From Dehalococcoidia bacterium (GTDB lineage Bacteria; Chloroflexota; Dehalococcoidia; Lucifugimonadales; UBA1123), in the NCBI GenBank assembly GCA_965197685.1, contig CBDANP010000006.1, forward strand, positions 345,344-409,343: DNA of 64,000 nt, in the 5' to 3' direction. Shown here piece after piece: positions 26,987 through 37,953 of the stretch. Under the pieces are notes generated by a model. That model did not search any database and was not told the DNA's origin. It saw nothing but the letters and a program-made list of their open reading frames with translations. Each line of letters starts with the position of its first letter. Position 1 is the first letter of the stretch. The position numbers were made by a program, and so were the translations under genes.

Positions 26987-29900
26987 ATGTCCAGCGGCTA
27001 CGTCGAACTTCACGCGAAGAGCTTCTTCAGCTTTGGGGAGGGCGCGTCCCACGTCCACGAACTCGCGGCGCGGGTGGTGGAACTCGGACAGCCGGCTCTC
27101 GCGCTGACCGACGCCAACCTGTGCGGCGCGCTCGAGTTCGCGAACCTGGCCGCTACGCTCGGGCTTAAGCCCATTACCGGCGGCGAACTCACGCTCTCGG
27201 ACGGTTCCCGTATCACGCTGCTGGCCAAGTCCAGAACGGGGTACTCCAACCTCTCCCAACTCTTCACCTTCGCCAATCAAACAGACCGGCGCGAGCCTCG
27301 CCTCGATCCCGCTTATCTATCCAAACACGCCGACGGACTGATAGCGCTGGCCGGAGGACGGGACGGCAGGCTGTCGAAACTCCTGATGGACGGGCGATAC
27401 TCCGAGGCGAAGACCTGTCTCAGACAGCTCATGGACTGGTACGGTTCCGAATCGGTGTACATCGAACTCCAGCGGAACCTCCTTGACGGCGACACCCGCC
27501 GCAACAGGCGACTCGTCGGGCTGGCCGGGGAGACGGGCGCGCGGCTCGTGGCGACCAACGGAGCGCTGTACCACGCGCCCGGGAGATACAGGCTCCAGCA
27601 CGCGCTGGTGGCCATCAAACATAACCGGACCATAGACGGAAGCCTTCGCTTTATCCTGCCCAACGACCAGTCTCACATGAGGTCGAGCGCGGAGATGGAA
27701 ACTCTGTTCGCCGACTGCCCGGAGGCGGTCGAGGCGACACTGGAGATCGCCGAACGCTGCGAGTTCGACCTCTCTTCGGACCTGGGCTACACCCTCCCCG
27801 AACCCGACGTTCCGGAGGGTTACACGCCAATGAGCTATCTCGTGAGGCTGTGCTACGAGGCCGCCACTCGCAGGTACGGCTCTATAACCGGGCGGATCGA
27901 GAGCCGGCTCCGGGAGGAGTTCCGGCTGATAGAACGAAACGGCATGGCCGGCTTCCTGCTGCTGTACCGCGAGATAGCGCTGCTGGCGCGGGAGAGTCAT
28001 GGAAGAGCGGGGACTGGTTGGCCCGGAGACCGCGCTCGAGGAGCGTCCCCCGGGCAGGGGACGCGGCTCCTCGGTGGCGCTTCTGGCGGGCTACCTTGTC
28101 GGCATCAGCCACGTTGACCCGCTGAAGTGGGACCTGACCCTGGAGAGGTTCATATCGGAGCGCTCCGATTCGCTGCCGGATATAGACCTGGATTTCCCCA
28201 GGGCCATAAGGGACGAACTCATAGAGAGAGTCCACAGGAGGTTCGGCTCCGCCTTCGCAGTCCTGACCGGGGCGATCTCGACCTACCGCTCCCGCGGGGT
28301 GATCAGGGACCTCGGAGCCGCCCTGGGACTGCCCGAAGAGCGGCTGAAGCTGCTGGCCTCACGCATGCATGACGAGGACATGAGCGCTCTGGCCGAGAAA
28401 ATGAGCGAGACGCCCGAGTTCAGGGACAGCCTGGAGACTGCGGGCTGGAGGAACTTTGCGGAACTCGCTCCGCAGCTCATCGGCGCTCCGAAGTCGCTTG
28501 GGCAGCACGTGGGAGGGATGATACTCAGCAGTTCGCCGATACCCGAGATGGTCCCGGTCAGGGCGGGAGCTATGGACGGCCGCTACATCATGGACTGGGA
28601 TAAAGACTCCGTCGCCGACGCCGGATTCGCCAAGATAGACATCCTGTCGCTGCCCGTTCTGGATCAGATAGAGGAGGCGCTGGACCTCATAGATAAGAGC
28701 GGGAGAGAACGCCCCGACATGAGTCGTATAGGCCATGAAGACCCCGAAGTATATGACATGATAAACGAGGGCAGGTGCAAGGGCGTGTTTCTGCTCCAGT
28801 CGCCGGCCCAGCTCAAGCTGGCGCGTCGGCTGCTTTCACGGGACCTCCTCGACCTCGCCTACCAGGTGGCGCTGATAAGGCCCGGAGTGGGAGCCGCCGA
28901 GAGCGCGGTGAGCAAATTCGTCGAGAGGTACAGGTACGGCGCGGAGTGGGAGTACGACCATCCCCTGGAGGAGCGAGCGCTGGAGCGCGGCTACGGCATC
29001 ATCGTGTGGCAGGAGCAGGTGGTGCAGCTTCTTATGGACGTAGGAGGCATGAGCGCGTCCGAGGCGGACGGAGCGCGCCGCGCATTCACCAAGTCCAACA
29101 ACGGCCACCTGATAGCAATGCGCCGGCGACGCTTCCTCGAAGGCGCGCTGAACAGAGGTGTGGACAGGGAGACCGCGCTGAAGATATTCCAGAAGGTCAA
29201 CGGGCGCTATATGTTCCCGGAAAGCCACTCCCACGCCTTCGCGATAACCGCGTACCAGGCGGCATGGCTCAAGCGGCGCCACCCGCTGGAGTTCTTCGTC
29301 TCGCTCATGAACAACCAGCCGATGGGCTTCTACCCTGTGGAGACTCTCAAACAGGACGCCAGGCGGTTCGGAGTCCCGTTCCTGAACCCGTGCGTCAACA
29401 GGAGCGAGTCAAGCGCCATACCTGAGAACGGCTCCGTCCTGCTCGGACTGGCGCTTGTGAAGGATGTGGGGGCCGAGTCCGCGAAGTCGATAGTGGAAGA
29501 AAGGGAGGCGCGCGGCGCCTACATCGGCGCGGGCGACCTGGTGAGACGGACCGGACTGAGGCCCCGGGCGGTGGAGTCCCTGGTCATGGCCGGAGCGTTC
29601 GACCGGATTGCGCCGAATCGTCGCCAGTGGCTGTGGGACGCGGGACTGTACGCGAGTCCCGGGAGGAACGGCCAGGCCACGCTGCCGCTCTCGATGGAGC
29701 GCTCGGTACCGAACCTCGCGGACTTCTCGGAGGAGGAGCGTATGGCGGGCGAGTACCGGACCATGGGCATCTACCCCAGGGGACACCTCATGCAGTTCGT
29801 CAGACCGCGTCTGGCTTCCGAGGCAATGACCTGCGCGGAGGTGGAGAAGCTCGGAGACGGCGATTTCGCCATAGTCGCGGGATGGCCCATAGCCAGGCAG

Positions 29901-30134
29901 CATCCGAAGGGGCGGGACGGGACGATATTCGTGACGCTGGAGGACGAGACCGGGGATACGCAGGTCATCCTGTGGCCCGGGGTTTACGCCGAGTACCGCA
30001 GGGAACTCAACAGCCAGGTGGTTCTGGTGAAAGGCCGGATCTCCGCCCGGGACGGCGCGGTGAACCTGATAGCCTCCGAGGTCCGGGCGATCCGGTCCGG
30101 CGTGAGAATGCCCCGGTCCCACGACTGGCGGTGA
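26987..30134 (+). pseudogene. dnaE2: Error-prone DNA polymerase III alpha paralog DnaE2 (ImuC), frame break near 27995
   Basis: PHP N-terminus YVELHAKSFFSFGEGAS...LALTDANLCGALEF. Continuation GRGRGSSVALLAGYLVGISHVDP...PDIDLDF...GVFLLQSPAQ... is in the +1 frame from 27999. The break is in cgggagagtcatgg. Confidence 0.85.
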
Positions 30135-30636
30135 TTCCCGGCCCGGTTCTGGCTCCGGCCTAATGGCTGTTTTCGCCGCCATGACCGGTACGCCCATCGC
30201 AGCGATCTTCCCGGCGGCGTTTCACTCGTCGTTCGTCGTCTTTGCAGCGCTGGTGGGCGGCTTCGCGGACGGCGGACAGGTATGGAGCGTGTGCCCTGCC
30301 GCCCAGCCCGTCGAGGTCAGGCGGAGAGGCGAGTTGGCGATCCGCCAGGAGGTTTCACGCAGCGCCGCGATCTCACCGATAGGGCAATCCCGCGCGCCTG
30401 GATGCATACTGGAACATGGTCGCATGAGGATCCCAGACTTTGAGTCTCTTTGCCCTCAAACATCACGTGGGACACTTTCCAGATGAGCTTGCGACAAACT
30501 TGCGACACATCCTGCGACATCCTGTCCAGCGTATTGTATCGGCCGCTCTGAAATGGGGCGTGAATCGGTTCGCGCTATACCGCTTATGTCAATTGATTCT
30601 TTTGGGCTGGCCACCTTAAATTCAGACTAAGGTTTC

Positions 30637-33600
30637 CTATTGGACGGTCACCTGTACGCCGGACGAGCAGTTGTTCTGCGTGTTCAATTCCTCCGGATGG
30701 GCGCTGAAGCATGCGCCGTAGTAGTATGTGCCGGTAGCAGTTGGCGCACTCACCGAATCCGACTGACGAGAGGTTTGTCCCGAGTTGAGCTCAGGTATCT
30801 GATCCGAACTTACTCTTGTGTCACTGGTGGTGATGGTGGAGTCAGTCGAAAGGTAGTAATGCAAGGCAGTAGAGAGCGATCTGCCGGTCCCGTCATTCCG
30901 CGCGGTGGCAATCAGCCTTACAGACTCCCCCGGCCCAACTACGTTGTCTCTGACAGAAAACGATGCGACCACATAGTCATAGTTGCCTATGCTCTGAACA
31001 ACTGCCGCGACGCTGTCCGAGCAGTTGTTGGTCGTATCCGATTCTCCCGATACCGAAACCACGCAAGCCCCGTAATAGTAGGTGCCTGAACTTGACGGCG
31101 AGGTCAATGAAATCGACTCGTCCTCGGTGTCGGAAGGGTTGAGAATGCCAACCGTGTCCGATCCTACCTGAGTGTCGGAAGTGGATATGGTGGAGTCGGA
31201 AGATCGGTAGTAGCGCAGGGTGGTGACTACCGAATCGCCATCGCCATCGTTGCGTACTGTCGCGCTCAATGTAAAGGAATCACTTGTTCCAAGACTACTG
31301 TCGCTGAGACGTGGAGACTCGACCACCAGGTCAGGGCTGGTCTCAGGCGGCGCAGAAACTGTAACCTGCTCGCCAGATGAGCAGTTGTCGCTGGTGTCCG
31401 TCTCGCCTGCTACGGAATCGACGCAGGCGCCGTAGTAGTATGTGCCCGCGTCCGATGGCGCGGTCAGAGTAATAGACTCGGCGCTGGTCTGTCCTCCTTC
31501 AAGACTCCCCACCGAATCCGTTCCGACTTCAGTGTCGCCGGTGGAGATTGTGGAGTCGGAGGAGCGATAGTAGCGCAGCGTGGATGTGGCCGAAGCGCCA
31601 TCCCCGCTGTTGCGAACGGTCGCGTTCAATGTGAACGATTCTCCTGTCTCCAGCTCGTCATCACTTACCGAGGGCGCCTGGACCGCCAGCTCCGGACTGG
31701 TCTGAACGGCCTCGGCGACGGTCACCTGCTTGCCGGACGAACAGTTGTTGGTCGTGTCCGCTTCACCGGATACGGAATCCACGCAGGCGCCGTAGTAATA
31801 TGCGCCGGCGTACGCGGGAGCGGTCTGGGAAATGGATTCGGCCTCAGCGCCGGATGGATCAAGCATGCCCACAGGATCGCTTCCCACCTCTGTGTCTCCG
31901 GTGGAGATTGTGGAATCCGTCGAGCGATAGTAGCGCAGAGTAGTGGAAGCCGAGGGGCCATTTCCAGTGTTTTCGACCGTCGCGCTGAGCGTGAATCGCT
32001 CTCCCGTCTCCAGGCTGTCTTCGCTGACCGTCGGTGGCTGGACTACCAGATCGGAGCTGGTCTGTGCAGGCTGCGTAACGGTAATCTTCACGCCGGACGA
32101 GCAGTTGTTCTGAGTATTCGTTTCATCCTCATGCGTGACATTCGTGCAGGCGCCGTAGTAGTACACGCCTGCGTCCGAAGGCGCGAAAAGGACAATACCC
32201 GTTCTCTCACTGTAGGTCGGGGGTTCCAGAGACATGAATTCCGATCCGACCCCGGTATCACTGGAGGAGATGGTGGAGTCACCAGAGCGGTAGTACGACA
32301 ATGTAAACTGATAGTACGGGTCATCGATGCCTGTAATAGCCACGGTAACGTCTAGTCTGAATCTGCCTCCGGGTTCCATTTCACTCACAGTGACGGAAGG
32401 GGAGCTAACTGACAGGTCGACTTCGGCCTGAGCGGCTTCAGTGACATCCACCTGCGCGGCAGACGAGCAGTTATTGGTTGTGTTCGTCTCTCCCGCAACC
32501 GAATTTACGCATGCGCCGTAGTAGTAGGCGCCAGCGGCGGATGCGGTCTCTGTATGAGATCTGATCACCGCCTCCCCGGGCGCGCGGCCGGGGATTGGAG
32601 TTGCAACGATCAGGGTGTCGCCGGTGGATATGGTGGAGTCGTCGGAGAGGTAGTAAACGATGCCGCTTCCTGCTGAGGCATCATCCCCGCTGTTGCGGAC
32701 AGTCGCGGTCAGGACGAATGTCTGTCCAATTTCCACGCTGCTGGCGCTTGCCGAGAACGACTCGACCACAAGGTCCGGACCGGTTTGAACGGAATCGGAA
32801 ACCGTAACCAGTACCCCGGACGAGCAGTTGTTGCCGGTGTTAGATTCATCCGCTACCGAATCGACGCACGCGCCATAGTAGTACGTTCCCGCGTCATTGG
32901 ACGCGTTCAGGGAGATAGACTTCGAGGTGGCTCCGAGCGGTCCGAGCCCTTCGACCGAGGCCGTACCGACCCGGGTGTCACCGGCAGAGACGCTGGCGTC
33001 GGCGGAACTGTAGAAACGTACTTGGGTGGCGGCTGACATGGTACCGCCTGCGTTACGAACAGTGGCCGTCAGCGTAAAGGACTCTCCCGGTTGAAGCCGG
33101 TCGTCGTTGACCCTTGAGGACACCACCAGGTCTGGAGGGGGATTCGCGACGGTTACACTCTCACCAGGCGAGCAGTTGTCGCTGGCATTCGATTCACCTG
33201 TCACGGAATCGACACACGCGCCGTAGTAATAGGTTCCGGCGCTCGCGGGGGCATAGTCGAACGTGGCCTGGTATGATCGTTGACCCGGTCCAAGTCTTGG
33301 CGTCGACACCCTCCTGACCTCGATGTCGGCGGCGGATATGGTGGAGTCGGTAGAGCGGTAGAAGCGCAGTGTCGTGACAGTTGACGTACCATTCCCGCTA
33401 TTGAGAACGGTCGCTCTCAACTCGAGACTTTCTCCCGTTTCCGCCTCGGTTGGAGTGACAGTGAAGCTCTCCACCCGCATGTCAGGATTGCCGGCCTGCG
33501 AGACGGTTACCTCCAAGCCCCCTGAGCAGTTATTCTGAGTGTTCGATTCGCCCGACACCGAATCCACGCAGGCGCCGTAGTAGTACGCTCCAGCGTCTGC

Positions 33601-36090
33601 GGGCGCGGTCCGGTCTCTTATGTCAAACCCCTGGTCTTGAGATGCGCCGAGAATTGGAACGCTGCCCGTTGCGATTTGAGTGTCGCCGGAGGATATGGTG
33701 GAGTCCGTTGAGATATACACGTGGAGCGTGGAGGTTGAAGATGAAGCGAGACCTTCATTGGCCACCCGGACGGTCAGTGTGAACATTTCTCCTGGTTCGA
33801 GTTCCGTATCTGTGGCCGTTACTGACCGAATCGCCAGATCTGGAACGGGTTGCGCGACAGTGACGCGCACGCCTGCCGAACAGTTGTTGGTGGTATCCGA
33901 TTCACCTTCAACCGGGACAACGCAGGCGCCGTAGTAGCGCGTCCCCGAATCTTCAGAGGCGGCCAGCCTTTCAGACTCGTCGTCGTCATCGGATGGGTCA
34001 AGGGCGCTTACCCTATCGTCAGTCTCAAGATAGGCGTCGTCGGTCGAGATGTGAGAATCGGTTGAGCGGTAGTAGCGAAGGGTGGTCTTGGGCGACCAGC
34101 CATCGCCTCTATTGCGCACGGTCGCATCCAGCGTGAATTCACCTCCCGCATCTACTTCACTTTCACTGGCGGAAGGCGATACCACGACCAGGTCGGGACT
34201 GCTCTGAGGGGCCTGTTCAACGGTTACCATTCTGCCGGTGGAGCAATTGTTCTGAGTGTTCGATTCACCTTCCACCGGGACAACGCAGGCGCCGTAGTAA
34301 TACACGCCTGCGCTTGAGGGCGCGTTCTGACTGATCGACTCGTCGTCGTCTTCGGACGGACCAAGACTGCTCACCGTGTCATCTCCGACTTTTGTGTCAG
34401 TAGAAGTGGAGATTGTGGAATCAGTTGAGCGGTAGTAGATCAGAGTAGGACTGACCGCTCTCTGGTCTCCACTATTGAGCGCGGTAGCGGTTATTCTGAA
34501 GGACTCTCCCGGACCCACCTCACTCTTGCTGACCGACAGCGTCCGGACAACCAGGTCGGGACTGCCCTGGCTGGTCTCCTCTACGGTTACCTGCGCCTCA
34601 TCCGAGCAGTTGTTGGTAGGGTTCGTTTCACCAGACACGGTGGCGACACAGGCCATGTACCGATAGTATCCGTCATCCTCCGACGCGGTGAACGTTTGGG
34701 TCACTCTTTCGCTTCCAGACGGGACAATGCCAATCACATTACTTACGATGTCTTCCGCATTTATGTCGGAGTCAGTCGAGCGATAGTAGTGCAGAGTGGT
34801 TTCGGACGACGCGCCATTCCCCGCATTATGAACGCTCGCGGTCAGTGTGAAGGACTCTCCAGGTTCCACATCGCTCTTGCTGATCTCCAGCGACTCGACC
34901 ACAAGGTCTGGCTCCCCCGGCGTGGAGTAGAACCTGCAGTCCGCCGGGTCCCCGACGCAGAAGTGGTCAGACCTGACGGACTCGAGATGCGATGCGGAGC
35001 CTGAGAAGATTCCTCTCCAAAAGTTTGCCGGGTGACTACTCGCTGATTTCACGGCTGAGCCCACTCTTGCCAGACCCGGTAACCCCTTAACGGGGAGGAA
35101 GATACTGAACACCGTGTAGTATTCATCCAGCGTAAGTTTGCCATCTCTAACTTTTGCGGTGAAGCCAAAATTTGTTCCAGTATGTAAGAAGCAATATACG
35201 GTGTAGAGACCGGGCTTGGTGGGCGTGAAATTGTGACCAACCATAAGGGTCGGATCCCCAACCTGTACGCCTTCGGTAGTTAACTTCTTCACTTCTCTCT
35301 CGACATGATTGCGTCCGGGCCCAGGAGGAGGATGTGATTTCACGAACTCCATTTCTCTGTAAATCTGGATGAAGGACGCCGCTACAAGCGATGACACTTC
35401 TTTCCTCTTTGCCCTGGACTCAAGCCTTACCGTATCCCCCACTTGCAGGTTCTTGGCAGAGGCCGAGCATTCGGTCAGTCTCGCCTTGGAGAAGGTGAGA
35501 TTGTTGCTCTGGAATTCACTAACCGAGAATGTCTTCCGAACGGCCCCCACCGACCTGTCGCGCCATCCTATGACAAATGGCGTCGTCCTATGTTCACGAA
35601 GTTCGCATTCCATGGCATAGCCGTTGCCGGGTAAAAGCGAAGCAAGTGGCCATGTATATATATATGAATCATCCGGTTCAAGTGAAAAATTGGGTATTCT
35701 GTGAGGTCGCTCCCAGCCATATAACTCTCTGGTGAAGGTGACTTTCACAAATAGCTTCGCATTCTCGCTCAGCGTGTTGTTCTTAACCGTAACGACCATC
35801 CTAAATGTGCCTGTGGCCGTTGGCCTGTCTGGAATTTCGCAGGAGATAGACGCTTCAGGACTCATTTGGACACGGCTCGGGGCGCTGTTGTACTCGCCGC
35901 CGCTAATGTCGTCCGATGTCACGCCGTGGTTGCGCGCGGAAGCCGCGTTGGAGGATAGGATTTCACCCGTCGCCAGCCCTTCGTAAGCGCGGACAGGACC
36001 CGGAACCTGCCTGTGCGACCAGCCGCCCGCCGCGAAAACGATACCGACCAGCGTCAGTATGGCAACTACAGCCGTAAACCTGAATTTCAT
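30637..36090 (-). CDS. 1817-aa secreted/cell-surface protein with 12 tandem CARDB-like domains
   Basis: N-terminal signal/anchor MKFRFTAVVAILTLVGIVFAAGGW. From residue ~392 there are 12 units of the form PDLVVES.SVS...PGESFTLTATVRNSGDG.S..TTLRYYRSTDSTIST.DT.VG...YYYGACVDSV.GE.NT.NNCS.G..VTV. Confidence 0.85.
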   Translation of the reverse strand: MKFRFTAVVAILTLVGIVFAAGGWSHRQVPGPVRAYEGLATGEILSSNAASARNHGVTSDDISGGEYNSAPSRVQMSPEASISCEIPDRPTATGTFRMVVTVKNNTLSENAKLFVKVTFTRELYGWERPHRIPNFSLEPDDSYIYTWPLASLLPGNGYAMECELREHRTTPFVIGWRDRSVGAVRKTFSVSEFQSNNLTFSKARLTECSASAKNLQVGDTVRLESRAKRKEVSSLVAASFIQIYREMEFVKSHPPPGPGRNHVEREVKKLTTEGVQVGDPTLMVGHNFTPTKPGLYTVYCFLHTGTNFGFTAKVRDGKLTLDEYYTVFSIFLPVKGLPGLARVGSAVKSASSHPANFWRGIFSGSASHLESVRSDHFCVGDPADCRFYSTPGEPDLVVESLEISKSDVEPGESFTLTASVHNAGNGASSETTLHYYRSTDSDINAEDIVSNVIGIVPSGSERVTQTFTASEDDGYYRYMACVATVSGETNPTNNCSDEAQVTVEETSQGSPDLVVRTLSVSKSEVGPGESFRITATALNSGDQRAVSPTLIYYRSTDSTISTSTDTKVGDDTVSSLGPSEDDDESISQNAPSSAGVYYYGACVVPVEGESNTQNNCSTGRMVTVEQAPQSSPDLVVVSPSASESEVDAGGEFTLDATVRNRGDGWSPKTTLRYYRSTDSHISTDDAYLETDDRVSALDPSDDDDESERLAASEDSGTRYYGACVVPVEGESDTTNNCSAGVRVTVAQPVPDLAIRSVTATDTELEPGEMFTLTVRVANEGLASSSTSTLHVYISTDSTISSGDTQIATGSVPILGASQDQGFDIRDRTAPADAGAYYYGACVDSVSGESNTQNNCSGGLEVTVSQAGNPDMRVESFTVTPTEAETGESLELRATVLNSGNGTSTVTTLRFYRSTDSTISAADIEVRRVSTPRLGPGQRSYQATFDYAPASAGTYYYGACVDSVTGESNASDNCSPGESVTVANPPPDLVVSSRVNDDRLQPGESFTLTATVRNAGGTMSAATQVRFYSSADASVSAGDTRVGTASVEGLGPLGATSKSISLNASNDAGTYYYGACVDSVADESNTGNNCSSGVLVTVSDSVQTGPDLVVESFSASASSVEIGQTFVLTATVRNSGDDASAGSGIVYYLSDDSTISTGDTLIVATPIPGRAPGEAVIRSHTETASAAGAYYYGACVNSVAGETNTTNNCSSAAQVDVTEAAQAEVDLSVSSPSVTVSEMEPGGRFRLDVTVAITGIDDPYYQFTLSYYRSGDSTISSSDTGVGSEFMSLEPPTYSERTGIVLFAPSDAGVYYYGACTNVTHEDETNTQNNCSSGVKITVTQPAQTSSDLVVQPPTVSEDSLETGERFTLSATVENTGNGPSASTTLRYYRSTDSTISTGDTEVGSDPVGMLDPSGAEAESISQTAPAYAGAYYYGACVDSVSGEADTTNNCSSGKQVTVAEAVQTSPELAVQAPSVSDDELETGESFTLNATVRNSGDGASATSTLRYYRSSDSTISTGDTEVGTDSVGSLEGGQTSAESITLTAPSDAGTYYYGACVDSVAGETDTSDNCSSGEQVTVSAPPETSPDLVVESPRLSDSSLGTSDSFTLSATVRNDGDGDSVVTTLRYYRSSDSTISTSDTQVGSDTVGILNPSDTEDESISLTSPSSSGTYYYGACVVSVSGESDTTNNCSDSVAAVVQSIGNYDYVVASFSVRDNVVGPGESVRLIATARNDGTGRSLSTALHYYLSTDSTITTSDTRVSSDQIPELNSGQTSRQSDSVSAPTATGTYYYGACFSAHPEELNTQNNCSSGVQVTVQ
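30640..34917 (-). repeat. In-frame tandem coding repeats (12 diverged units averaging ~119 codons) of the CARDB-like protein
   Basis: Counted from recurring PDLVV / RYYRSTDS / YYYGACV / NNCS landmarks in the translated ORF. The units are diverged at DNA level, not identical copies. Confidence 0.8.
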
Positions 36091-36339
36091 CGGAACCTCC
36101 CGTTAATCAAAAACCTGGTAGGCTTCCTAATATGGCCCAGCCCCACTGAGCCTTATCCTGTACCCGGCTCGTCCAGGTGGAGGGCAGGTGGAACAATTCT
36201 ATTTCGAAATGCTGGGACCTTCATGTTTCCACAGGACTCATCATTTCTAAGGACTCTCTCTGAGGGTCCGGCCTTTCCATCCAAAGGCCAGCCACCTCCA
36301 GCGCTTTCAGCGGACGCCGGCTAAAGAGACCGCTGCCGA

Positions 36340-37758
36340 TCATCCGCAGTCCGGAAGCGCTAGGTTCGCGAGATCACTCATAGCCACGTCACGCAGCGCC
36401 GAGGGAACACATCCCGTGAACTGATTGCCCGAAAGGTAGAGACCTATCAAATTGTTCAGATTGCCCAATTCAGTCGGAATCTCGCCGCTCAGCTGGTTTT
36501 CTGACAGGTCCAGGTGCTCCAAACTGGCGAGATTGCCCAATTCGGACGGTATCCGTCCGCCCAGACGATTGCCCCGCAGCGATAGCAGCTCGAGGCTGGA
36601 AAGGCTACCCAGTTCAGTCGGTATCTCCCCACTCAGACGGTTGCGGCTCAGATCCAGCTGTTTCAATTCGGAGAGACCTCCCAGCTCAACCGGAATGTTG
36701 TCCCTCAGCCGGTTGCTGCGCAGGTCCAGCCGCGTCAGGCTGGCCAGACTGCCCAGTTCAGTCGGTATCTCGCCGCTCAACTGGTTGCCCCCAAGCGAGA
36801 GGGATTTCAGGCTGGTCAAGTCCCCCAGTTCAGTCGGTATCTCGCCGCTCAGTTGGTTCCCGCCAAGTGAGAGAGACTCGAGGTTGACCAGGTCCCCCAG
36901 CTCAATTGGAATCTCGCCGCTCAACTGGTTGTTCTCGATAGAAAGCGACTCAAGGTCTGTTAGCTCACCCAGTTCAGCCGGAACCTCGCCGCTCAACAGG
37001 TTGCTCCCAAGGAATAACGAGTCCAGTTTCCTCAGATCATCCAGATCGTCCGGTATTTCACCACTCAGTTCATTGTGTCGAATATCCAGAAGCGTCAGCT
37101 CTGATATATCAGTCAATTCGGACGGCAGTTCGCCTGACAGGCGATTTCCCGAGAGCCTTATTTCTGTAATGCGCCCTTCGTCATCAGTGGTGACGCCATA
37201 CCAGTCCCCAAGCGGACGTACACTCAGCCAGTTCGTGTTCCTGGCCCAGTTTTCTCCATCCGCGGCGTTATACAGAGCGACCAGGGCAGACCTGTTGGAA
37301 TCGGGGGAAAGCCTGTTCGCCACATCTTCGGGCGTCTCCCCGGTTACAGGCACGATGAGGTACTCGATGAACAGCTCGGCCAACAGGTCGCTCAGAGCGT
37401 CGGAGAGCGCGCCGCTGTCGTGGGCCTCCGTCATAACGGCCATGAGAAGGTCGAACGGATCCCGCGCGGACAGCCTGGCCTCTGCCTCTTCAGGCATCTC
37501 CCCGGTAACCGGAGAGATGAGGTACTCGATGAACAGCTCGGCCAACAGGTCGCTCAGCGGATCTGAGAGAGTCTCGTTTTTGTAAGCGTCGCTCAGCACG
37601 GCGATGAGAAATCTAAACGAGTCGTTCTGGGACGTGGCAATTGGCCCGGTATCTGAGGGAGACTGCGCCGGAGGAGCGGCGGAGATAGATCCAGACAAGA
37701 CAGAGATGATGCAGAGCAGTCCTAATGCGATGGATCCGAGTAAGGCCCTGCCGTACAT
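36340..37758 (-). CDS. Secreted leucine-rich-repeat protein (plant-type 24-residue LRRs)
   Basis: Start placed at MYGRALLGSIALGLLCIISVLSGSISAAPPA (signal-peptide-like). Duplicated LSDLLAELFIEYLI.PVTGE.PE motif. Then ALVALYNAADGENWARNTNWLS and ~13 repeats L..L..L.L..N.LSGEIP.ELG. Confidence 0.8.
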   Translation of the reverse strand: MYGRALLGSIALGLLCIISVLSGSISAAPPAQSPSDTGPIATSQNDSFRFLIAVLSDAYKNETLSDPLSDLLAELFIEYLISPVTGEMPEEAEARLSARDPFDLLMAVMTEAHDSGALSDALSDLLAELFIEYLIVPVTGETPEDVANRLSPDSNRSALVALYNAADGENWARNTNWLSVRPLGDWYGVTTDDEGRITEIRLSGNRLSGELPSELTDISELTLLDIRHNELSGEIPDDLDDLRKLDSLFLGSNLLSGEVPAELGELTDLESLSIENNQLSGEIPIELGDLVNLESLSLGGNQLSGEIPTELGDLTSLKSLSLGGNQLSGEIPTELGSLASLTRLDLRSNRLRDNIPVELGGLSELKQLDLSRNRLSGEIPTELGSLSSLELLSLRGNRLGGRIPSELGNLASLEHLDLSENQLSGEIPTELGNLNNLIGLYLSGNQFTGCVPSALRDVAMSDLANLALPDCG

Positions 37759-37953
37759 TGCAACCCCCGCTCTCTGCCGGATCTTGTGTCGGTGAACAGT
37801 CCATGGCGCTGGGCAGTATTCCCAATCGATACTACAACGCCATCTCCCAATCAAGACCGTTCGGCCAAGTGCCATGTTAGAATAGCAACTGAATTGACAA
37901 ATGTCTGTGCATTTCCAAAAATGCACATTACATACGGAGAATGTCCGAGGTCC

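Noticed and set aside
30640-34917. Strong sequence periodicity that could be taken for a CRISPR array or satellite.
   Set aside because: The units are ~360 bp, diverged, and form one uninterrupted reading frame encoding CARDB-like domains. There is no short repeat/spacer structure.
25529-36090. Idea that the adjacent error-prone polymerase cassette diversifies the CARDB repeat gene (DGR-like targeted mutagenesis).
   Set aside because: There is no reverse transcriptase, no template/variable repeat pair and no adenine-specific mismatch pattern. The genes are merely convergent neighbours.
36450-37200. 72-bp periodic repeats.
   Set aside because: They are the in-frame 24-residue leucine-rich repeats of the LRR protein, not a non-coding array.
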